Origin: Paraspadella gotoi
Taxonomy: Eukaryota; Animalia; Chaetognatha
Direction of reading: 5' to 3'
NCBI GenBank assembly: GCA_051294375.1
Contig: JBJCIZ010000044.1
Span: forward strand, 1 to 59,747
Length of the DNA: 59,747 nucleotides
Below the pieces are notes generated by a model. That model made no database searches and was not told the origin of the DNA. It worked only from the letters and a program-made list of their open reading frames with translations. Positions 1 through 8,624 of the stretch are shown here, piece after piece. The translations under genes and the position numbers were made by a program. The number at the start of each line of letters is the position of its first letter. The stretch's first letter is position 1.

Positions 1-388
1 GAGAGAGAGAGAGAGAGACATATAGAAATAAAGGACTAATACTGAGATGTAACAGTTTTGTATATTATAATAACAATAATCGACACACAGAAGAAATTCA
101 TTAAAGCTAATACCGAAATGGTGTACATATTAAGTACTCTAAGTCATAAAAGCCGTTTCATAAGGTTTATAACTGCTTTCTACCAAGCGGCTCTTCAAAT
201 TGAATACCGCATTCTCATTGGTGCATGTGGAAGCAGTCAACCGTTCAGGTACGATCTTGTGGTCTACTCTGTATAAAAGGGTGACAATTTTCGCTCTCGA
301 CATAAAAGAAGAAAAAAGAAGAACCGACGAGACCCGCATAAAAAAAACAAAAAAAAAAAAATTGGAGCAAGTGACTCAAATTATTCTA

Positions 389-620
389 ACGGCAACGGGA
401 GGAAGAGAGAAGATGGCGACAACGGCAACGGGAGGAAGACGATGGCGACATCGGGACGAAAGTAATAAGAAAGAGACTCCGATGGTCGGATCGAGAAGAT
501 GGCGACAACGGCAACGGGAGGAAGACGATGGCGACATCGGGACGAAAGTAATAAGAAGAGACTCCGATGGTCGGATCGAGAAGATGGCGACAACGGCAAC
601 GGGAGGAAGACGATGGCGAA
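389..620. repeat. Tandem repeat, ~85-86 bp unit, ~2.7 copies
   Basis: Unit gatggcgacaacggcaacgggaggaagacgatggcgacatcgggacgaaagtaataagaagagactccgatggtcggatcgagaa starts at ~411, 498 and 583; partial copy from 389. Confidence 0.9.
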
Positions 621-1079
621 AATGGCGGGGTCCAAATTTTTTTCCTCTACAATCCAAATAGCGACCATTAGTGTCATTTGCGCTCTGCAGCGTCGCCGTG
701 ATCAACTTAAATATAAAACTACCAAATTTTTGATTTTCTTAAAAGATCGTCAAACTGGGTAATTTCATTTTTTTATTCGTTAGGTTTAGCTAATTAAGAT
801 AGCATTTGAATAGCTGAGTTATTAACCTGGTAGCGTATAGAAGGCAATAATGGAAAGTAACGCCGATTTTGGATTTAAATTTAACATGTTTATTTCGCGT
901 TAGATATTGTAGATGGTATTATGACATTACAGTTCATATTTCTAGTCATACATCGCACTGTCGAGCAATAATCAATGGGTAACTTGTGTACTAATCCCGT
1001 GTCAGTTTTAAAATTTTTCTTTCGCTTTTTCGCTTCGTCGGTTTGGACGCTGATAAAGTGTACTAAAGTCTATGATAAC

Positions 1080-2071
1080 TTATGAAATAGTCGAGAGATA
1101 GTCAAAATATTCCTTTTTGCTGAAATCTCCGTTCTCGATGGCCACGTAATGTGCATCGGCTTTGGTATCCCAACACCAAAACAACTCGACAGCCTCATCG
1201 AATTTGATGTCTACGAGGCTTAGCGCCGTAAGGGATACTTCGGATGAAGTAAGAAGGTCTCCCGCGACGCCGCTATGCAGGTATTTTTTGGCAAAGGATT
1301 TTAAGTGTTCTTCGTTGAAGTAGAACTGTATCGGAGTTGATGAATCGGACAGAGAATTTGGTACGATGAACCAGGGGTTGGTGTAGTTATCCCTGAAGGT
1401 ATATAAATGTAATAATAATACTATTTGTGGTTTTCACTGATGGTCGTATTAGCTTCATTTACAAATATTAATAACGCGCATTGAAAATTTAATACTTTAA
1501 AAAATTATTACTAATAGTAATTAATCACCTGCGATTGCGTTTTCCGTTGTGGATAACATTGTCGTCCCAAGTCCAGTTCTGACGATTGGTGTTACTTCGC
1601 TTATATACCCGAAGGGTCGCCGCATCTCTCTTCTCTGGCTTTCTACCGATTGGAACTTGAAAGACGTCGACCGGCCACCTTGATGCAAGGATTCGGCGAA
1701 ACTCTTCTTCACCGGGAAGACGGACGTCATAGGTGTCATAGCATTCCGGCCACTCATTGAAACATGGGTCTGATTTCACCGAGCAGCGGTATCTAGTGTA
1801 GTAATGTTATTTAAATAAACGACTTAATAGAAACAAAAAGTATATTAAAAAAAAGTAACACCCTCTACTAATTTTCATCGTCTCACCTTTTCCTTTCGAT
1901 CTCGCTACTGAATGCCGACCGCTGCGCCCTGTATATCTTAAATTGCGACCGCTTTGGGCGGATCCATTTTTGGTAGCCGTCGATGGCAATTACTCGTGCA
2001 TCTAGTTGACTCGTCGTCCTCTCGATTTTCGCCCAAGCACAATAGTACAAACCTCTTTTCAATGTTTTCAT
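1080..2071 (-). CDS. Three-exon orphan protein, 253 aa (exons 2071-1887, 1792-1529, 1392-1080)
   Basis: Donors AG|GTGAGA (1886) and AG|GTGATT (1528), acceptors ctag (1793) and ttcag (1393); both introns phase 2 and join three stop-free frames (MKTLKRG...ERKR/YRCSVKSDPCF...RNRR/DNYTNPWF...YLSTIS*); 762 nt total; AATAAA downstream near 890. No recognisable domain. Confidence 0.75.
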
Positions 2072-2262
2072 TGTAGTTTCTTTAGACCTAAGATGACAAT
2101 TTAAAAATTAGTAATTAAAATTAACAAACTATGTTAAGGTCACCGAATCGTGCTTTATGCTTTAATCTTTGTCCACTCAACTTATAAGTAATGCATATAA
2201 TAATATATATTGGTTGTATCAATTTCGTATCGAAAGAGAAAACTTTCCAGGAAAAAAAAATC

Positions 2263-2612
2263 GGATCAGAGACAAGGGAAGATTTTACAAGTCGTCCTCT
2301 TGACCAATAAGAAAACGATGATACCCTAAGACGTTTTTAATTGGTAAATTGATTCGGTTACCAAATAAGGTAGGATCAGAGACAAGGGAAGATTTTACAA
2401 GTCGTCCTCTTGACCAATAAGAAAACGATGATACCCTAAGACGTTTTTAATTGGTAAATTGATTCGGTTACCAAATAAGGTAGGATCGGATGCAAGGGAA
2501 GATTTTACAAGTCGTCCTCTTGACCAATAAGAAAATGATGACACCCTAAGACGTTTTTAATTGGTAAATTGATTCGGTTACCAAACCAAATAAGGTAGGA
2601 TCGGATGCAAGG
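2263..2612. promoter_or_regulatory. 110-bp tandem repeat (3 copies + partial) with opposed CCAAT boxes in a divergent intergenic promoter
   Basis: Units start at 2263, 2373, 2483, partial 2598; each has gaCCAATaag and ttaATTGGta; further ATTGG ~2209 and CCAAT 2631; TATA-like cttataag 2181 and tttataa ~2664/2684 face the flanking genes. Confidence 0.7.
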
Positions 2613-2721
2613 ATATCAGAAAAAAAATAGCCAATTAGAGTCCTCTCATGAAGTCAAGGATCCTTTATAAGTCGAGATTTTTTTTTATAAATCACTTTCT
2701 TGCCTTTCGACACTGCTCATC

Positions 2722-3315
2722 ATGTTTACTTTTTTGAAGATCGCAATTTCATTCTCAATTCTCGGGACTGTTATCTCGAAATTTCCCGACATCGACGATC
2801 TGGACGAGGCATTTTCTGAATATGAAATGTCCGTCTATGATCAATCGATGCATCGACATCCAGAAGTCACAGTTTCAACTGATCGCGAGGCTTACCGACC
2901 GAAGATGATCGAACCGAAGGGTTTGGCGTCTGATGTTGATCAGCCGAGTGATTTGGTTGTCGCGGATCAGAAGGCCGATTCTCGGTCCGACGATCCCGCA
3001 AAGACCGTGAATTCGGATGTGGAACGGGAAATGAAAGCGGCACGAACGAGAATGGAAGTAATTGGCATGACGACGCATCAAGTGCTCGAAATTTTGGCAG
3101 CGGTGTTGGCGCCGACAGGGTTCGTGGCCTTCCTGATCGGGATAGGGGTAAGATGTTACCGCATGCGCCGCCAGGGGTTCTCGTTTTACGAGACCCTCCT
3201 TGTGGCGTTTTACCTCTTCGTCTCCCGCTTCTGTCCTGACCAAGCCACGTTTGGAGATCCTAGAGAGTTGGTTCGTCAACGTCCAGTCGTGGCGATCCCT
3301 CTCTCAGCGCCTTGA
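2722..3315 (+). CDS. Intronless 197-aa predicted membrane protein (signal peptide, acidic ectodomain, TM helix, basic stop-transfer, second hydrophobic segment)
   Basis: N-terminal MFTFLKIAISFSILGTVIS; TM ILAAVLAPTGFVAFLIGIGV followed by RCYRMRRQ; second hydrophobic stretch FSFYETLLVAFYLFV; GC-rich coding composition against AT-rich flanks. Confidence 0.8.
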   Translation: MFTFLKIAISFSILGTVISKFPDIDDLDEAFSEYEMSVYDQSMHRHPEVTVSTDREAYRPKMIEPKGLASDVDQPSDLVVADQKADSRSDDPAKTVNSDVEREMKAARTRMEVIGMTTHQVLEILAAVLAPTGFVAFLIGIGVRCYRMRRQGFSFYETLLVAFYLFVSRFCPDQATFGDPRELVRQRPVVAIPLSAP

Positions 3316-3336
3316 GGTCTCCAAAACTTAACTTAC

Positions 3337-3377
3337 CCCAAAGGCCCTTTTCAGGGCCGCCATTATTTAAAAGAATG
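3337..3377 (+). terminator. Replication-dependent histone mRNA 3' stem-loop with histone downstream element-like sequence
   Basis: CCCAAA-GGCCCT-TTTC-AGGGCC-GCCA (stem-loop 3343-3358) fits the metazoan consensus CCAAAGGYYYTTTTYARRRCCACCA except for the first 3' flank base; purine-rich AAAAGAATG at 3369-3377; 27 nt after the stop of ORF 2722-3315. Confidence 0.85.
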
Positions 3378-3574
3378 TCAGAAATAATAATATAAATGTT
3401 TATTGCTCTCACTGAAATGGCTATTACTTTATTTGAATACGGAAAGAAAAGTAAAATAAGGAAACTAAATTTTGAAAGAATGCCAAAAATAATATTATAA
3501 ACGTTTATTCTTTTTACGAAAATAGTTACTTATTTTATGCGAGTAAAGATAATATAAAACTAAATTTTGTCCAT

Positions 3575-4047
3575 TTATGGAGTTTTAGTACTGTTCTTGA
3601 CCAGTACTTCCAATGCACGAATTTGTTCTTCGAGTAGCTTCGTGTATTTGAAGACATCGACGACTTGGCCCCTGCAGGAAAGGAAACGATTTTATTAGGT
3701 ATTAGGAATATGTAAATATTCATTTCCATCATAACTTGCCTAATTTTTTGCTCGACCCTTCTTGCCCCTCTTCTTGTATTCTCACGATTAGTCAGAATAC
3801 CGACCTCGTACATTATGTTGTACTCTTTTATCCCAGGTTTTTCGGCGTTTCGATCATCTTTGCTAGAGGACAAAGAGAAATATGATTTATATTAGTTAAT
3901 AAGAGAAAATCTCAGTCAATTAATTTTAAATTTTAATCTGGGTAAATGAAAAACATACAGTTCTTTGATAAACTTTCGATAGTCTTGTTTTTGGACCAAT
4001 TCCGCCCTTGCCTGGAGCCATGGCATCTCCATAAAGTTGATATTCAT
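3575..4047 (-). CDS. Three-exon 102-aa basic/coiled-coil orphan (exons 4047-3959, 3862-3740, 3671-3575; second intron GC-AG)
   Basis: Donor CT|GTATGT (3958) to ctctag acceptor (3863) is in frame; AG|GCAAGT (3739) to cctttcctgcag (3672) gives ...VEQKIRGQVVDVFKYTKLLEEQIRALEVLVKNSTKTP*; AATAAA downstream near 3505. Confidence 0.6.
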
Positions 4048-4319
4048 TTTCTTCTTTTTTTTTCAACAGGACTGTTAAAGAGGTAAGGTAAGGTAAGTTA
4101 TTAAAATTTCATATTAACTAAACGGTTTTTGCCCGAGAAGGTTTTTTTTTTCTTTTTTTTTTCTTTCTTCTTTAAAAATATTTTTATTATGGGATTTTTT
4201 TCTTTTGTTTTTTTTGTAGAAAGAAAAATACACATAAATCGAAAAATTTAAAAAAAAAAACAGACGATGATGACAACTCAAAAAAGTAAAGAAAAAAATT
4301 GAGAATAAAGAGAAGGCGC

Positions 4320-4552
4320 CGCCGACCGTTGGGACGGCTTCCCGTTTCAAAACAGGACTCCCTCCCTTAAAAATTTCCAACAATCAGGAGCCAAGGTCTC
4401 GATTTCCCTTTCAAGAGAGGACCCCCTCCCTTAAAAATCTCCACCAATCGCGAGTCAAAGTCCTGATGCCACAACGAGAAATTTTTAACCAATCGGAGAT
4501 GAGGATAAATTTAATTGTCTGTTAAAGCACGTGGGCAGGTGCATATAAATCA
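4320..4552. promoter_or_regulatory. Second divergent promoter region with CCAAT boxes, duplicated block, E-box and TATA
   Basis: Imperfect duplication ccctcccttaaaaat(t/c)tcca(a/c)caatc at ~4359 and ~4424; CCAAT at 4444 and 4489; CACGTG at 4528; tataaat at ~4545; lies between the divergent genes at 4047(-) and 5095(+). Confidence 0.5.
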
Positions 4553-5094
4553 AAATTCACAAACTATTATTAAGTTTTAAATACTTTTGTTTTTTGGGCA
4601 ATTTGTCTCGTATCTTTATTTAGTTTGAGTTTTTCATAATTTGTGTATTAGGTCACAAAAAAAAAAGTGTCCACAATAGATGTAACCTGCAATCTCGTTA
4701 TGGGGGCTTTTAGTTATTTTATTTATTATTTTATTCAATATTATTTTTTTTTCGCCTCGTTTCCTTCTCTGTGACAATATTTAAGTGTTATTTTTCACTT
4801 TTTTTTATGTTTCAATGTTCCTCTCACTATTAATCATTTTTTTCACAATTTAGGTGTTGAAGTGTTTAAAGTTACCAAAAGGGTATCATTAATAAAAAAT
4901 TTTAACCCTTTTCGTGGGGCGCTGATAAATCTTTTTTTCTAGAGTCTGTTCAAGTTTTGAATCCTCATTCTCTCTAGTAAAACCGTTTTATTTTCTTCGT
5001 CTCTTTTATTTAATTTTTTTTTCAGCGCGTTTCTGTTGCGGTTTTATTTTAAATATTAACATTGATTAGAAAATTTTAGTTTTATTTTTATAAG

Positions 5095-7857
5095 ATGGCG
5101 GACGAATTAGGAAATTCCGACTCGGTCCAAGTGATAGAGATCGACGTGATATACAACACCGTCGCCCANNNNNNNNNNGGTCACAAAAAAAAATGTGTAA
5201 ATGTAAATGTGCAAAGACGCATAGGTGAGTTGGAGGAACAATTTGCTCTTTTTGCCGCCTCCACTTTCAACATCACCTTTACAGACGACGATAAAACTTC
5301 GTTACAAAATGCGCGATCGAAAATCGCTAATAAAATTGACGCGCATAACAAATATGTCGAAACCTACCGCGCGTTCGTCGCAGACCAAAATTTTTTAAAA
5401 AAATTGCGCGCGATTCTCGATAAAGACGACGAAACTTCGACGTCTTCGACCCTAGGAGAGGAGCCGCGCGAGTTAGGTTTTAACAATTTTGACTCTAATG
5501 ACATTCCGCACTACATTGACGACGGCAATGCTTGTACCGTTACAGACAACGCTACTTGTAACGGTACCAATAACAATGACATTGTAGACGCGTCCTCCTC
5601 TGACAGCAGAAAGGAGCCAATCACTGTTTTCGACGACGTCGATTACCGAGTAAACAACGACGATCTGGCGGTGTCGTCTTTCGCCGAAATCGAAACTAAT
5701 ACCTTGTATAACGTCGACCAACGTGAAAAAGAACCAAATCCGTTTTTCGACGTGTCACCAATATATCCAACGTCGCCAACATTCTGTGACATACTAATAT
5801 CTGGTGATTTGTACGGCAAAGACGAGGCTAAATTCGTTTCGCCGCCAGTCAAATCTCAAACGGAAAACGATGATGACGCTCCCGCTGATGATTTTGGGGA
5901 TGTTTTATACCCATCAGACATTTTGACGACATTCGTGGACAACCCGGTCCAGGTTATCTCCAAACCTCATAATTTTGTTCACGACATCGAAGCATCGACG
6001 TCGTTGAATACCTTCCGAGGCATCTCGGCCATCAACGATTGTCAAAATGCAGAAATGGGATCAACGCCCCAGATGACGTCATCTCCTATTGAGACAACAA
6101 ATGAGATACCTCCTATTCCTTCCACCCCAACCCCCAACCCTGACGTATCACCAACACGATTGGAAAAGGGAAAGGGGTTGGGTAAGTCATCGTTGCTCCC
6201 TATGACGCCCCCTCGTGGCAAGCCCAAATCCTTCGCGGCCCTAAATACCCCTCAACGGACCCCTAGAAATAAAAGACGTTTTGTGAAAATTCTTCCGGCG
6301 GTTCCCAAGTCGGAAGAAAACCCAACAAAAAAGGCCAAGAAATTGACATCAAAAGTTTTGCAAATTGCCGACCCTCTTCAAAACGAAGAGTCGGCTTTGT
6401 TGTTTTTAAATCAATGCAACGACGATGGCAATTTAGTAAGACAGAGTACGAGTCAAAACTCGAGCCTCGTCGACTTCATGGCAGACAACAATGACGGAGG
6501 TGATATTCTCCAAGATGCACTCGACATGGCTCACCTAACGGGTCAGTGAGTAAGTACTGTTATATTTCTGTTTATTTTTTTTTACTATTATGTCTTTATC
6601 GTAAAGAGAAAAAATGCAATAGTTGTCAAGTTTTTCTATTTATTTGGGTGGGTTGTTCTGTTTTAAACGAGTTTTAATGGGCTCAGGTTTAAAAAAATAT
6701 TACCTTGTTCTTTTTATATATACTTTTTTATAAATAGCTGTAATATATGTTATTAAACAATCAAATGAAAAGAATTTAGTTTATGTCGCCCCTAAAAGTC
6801 AAAAATGAATACAAATTTAAAAAAAGTTTAAACTTTTTCCTTTCTTCGTTCATATGCAAATGAGACCGAAATCGAGGCCAAACAAAAAGCTCTTGTTTAT
6901 TCTATAAGTTGAGACTGACTTTTCCCTTTCACAGAATCGCAACTTCAAGCGGATGACGATATCCCCGCCACCCCCAAAGACGTCTCCGCGGTTGTCCCCC
7001 GACCAACCATATCATTTAGATTAGCATCGACGGGGATGACTAAGAATGTCACCACTAAGTTATACAATACGTTTGCAAACTGGGTATCCATTTTTAACGT
7101 ATTTAATCGGTTAGGCGATTCCGCTCTACTTAAAAGGATATGCCTTTTATGTTTAAAAATTACATCGAGGGGAAAGGCCAATAATTTAAAAACTCATTTG
7201 GCAACAACTTGCAAAGTTGCGAGGTGTTTAATTCCACCATTGCCTAGCGAACAAGACGACCCCGATCTACTTTTAGATTATATTTGGGTGGCTTTTTGCA
7301 ATCTGAATGGTTGCCAGCGCATCGTCATCGTTGACGAGAGTGATATTCAGGACAATGCTCTGAAAAATCACTTCGTGAAAAATCACCCGAAGATAACCTT
7401 TGCCAAGCGCCACAAAAATGACATGACATGGTGCAAAGTCCGTGAAGCCGGCGTAAATCTCTATCTGTGTCCATTCTGTGATAAACAGATTCCAACTGTT
7501 ACAGAATGCAGGGCGGAAATGGTACTTCACTGTATGAAGAATCATAGCGACCAATATGTTGTTTGTGTGGTATGTTCGCGTCCGAAATTATTGGCCAATC
7601 TCCGGGGTCATTGTGTAAGACATCTTTGCAATGATGACTTGGTTGGGATGGGTAACACACGTTTGACTTGTGCATCGTGTGATTTTGTCCTTGACACCAT
7701 CGGAAAAATAGACACGCATATTCCTAAATGCAATCCAGTTCGTGGCCATCACACTAATTTAGGCTTTAAAACTTATTTTAAAGGATATTGCTCCGAAATA
7801 GCCAAGACTCAAATTTTCTGTCGCGGGGCTTCTCTACCACACTATGACTCACCATAG
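5095..7857 (+). CDS. ~789-aa putative transcription regulator: coiled coil, acidic disordered region, NLS, BED-like finger and three C2H2/C2HC-like fingers (exons 5095-6541, 6935-7857)
   Basis: Phase-1 donor G|GTCAGT (6542) and acceptor ctgac-tttccctttcacag (6934) join ORFs 5095-6549 and 7036-7857 in frame; W..F...CLLCLKITSRGKANNLKTHLATTC is BED-like; CPFC..H...NH, CVVC..HCVRH, CASC..HIPKC. A 10-N gap at 5169-5178 makes the N-terminus uncertain. Confidence 0.7.
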
Positions 7858-8624
7858 GTGGCTATTTCGGCTTTAAAAATAAATTAATTGTTTTAAAAAA
7901 TTTTTTCTATTGCCCCTCTAACGTTAAATTTGTCGTCGATCTTTCTTAGCTCATTGCAATTAAAGCCTACAGTGTGTACCAATTGGTGTATTATTTTACA
8001 ACATTAATTTAATGTTTATTACCATGGTGGTAACGTTAAGTTTTCTCGTTAATGTTTTTTTCTTTAATTTTATAGATTAAGGTTATTGTTTGTTATTAAA
8101 CAAATAAAGTAGTCTTCTCTAACAAAGTCATATTGTTTTGTTGAATTATAATTTTTTTTTTTTTTTTTTTGTGTTCGCTCATTAAAGTCTTTATTTTAAT
8201 CATCGCCCTGCTTTCAATAATTTCCAAAACGTTTGTTACATTTTTATTTCTGACTGTTATGTTTGTTTATTTGTTTTGTATGCATTTGTTCCCTTACCGT
8301 TTATTAGTATTAATGATTTAGATATAAAATAATCGAATTTAAATAAAATAGTCTGGTTTTCATAAATATTTTTTTTTAGCAACAAAGACAGGAAGAATTT
8401 TAAGAAAAAAAATGTAGACACCAGATTTAAATAATTGCAAGTGGCATCAATAAATAATATTTCTGTTTTAATGGTCAAATTTATAATATGACATACCAAA
8501 TTATTCGCATTTTTACTACATAAAATTTAATTTAGATTTTTTGATATTTCTTTTAGTTTTGGTTGATTTGGAAATTCTACTAAAACTTTAAAGTATTAAT
8601 TCATCGGGGGGCGCTGCAATAGAA

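Noticed and set aside
200-762. Several overlapping ORFs on both strands
   Set aside because: Produced by the 85-bp tandem repeat; no protein-like features.
2263-2612. CRISPR-like array
   Set aside because: No unique spacers and a eukaryotic context; it is a plain tandem repeat.
4916-8616. GGGGCGCTG motif upstream of both large plus-strand genes (4916 and 8608)
   Set aside because: Only two 9-bp matches at different distances from the start codons; could be chance.
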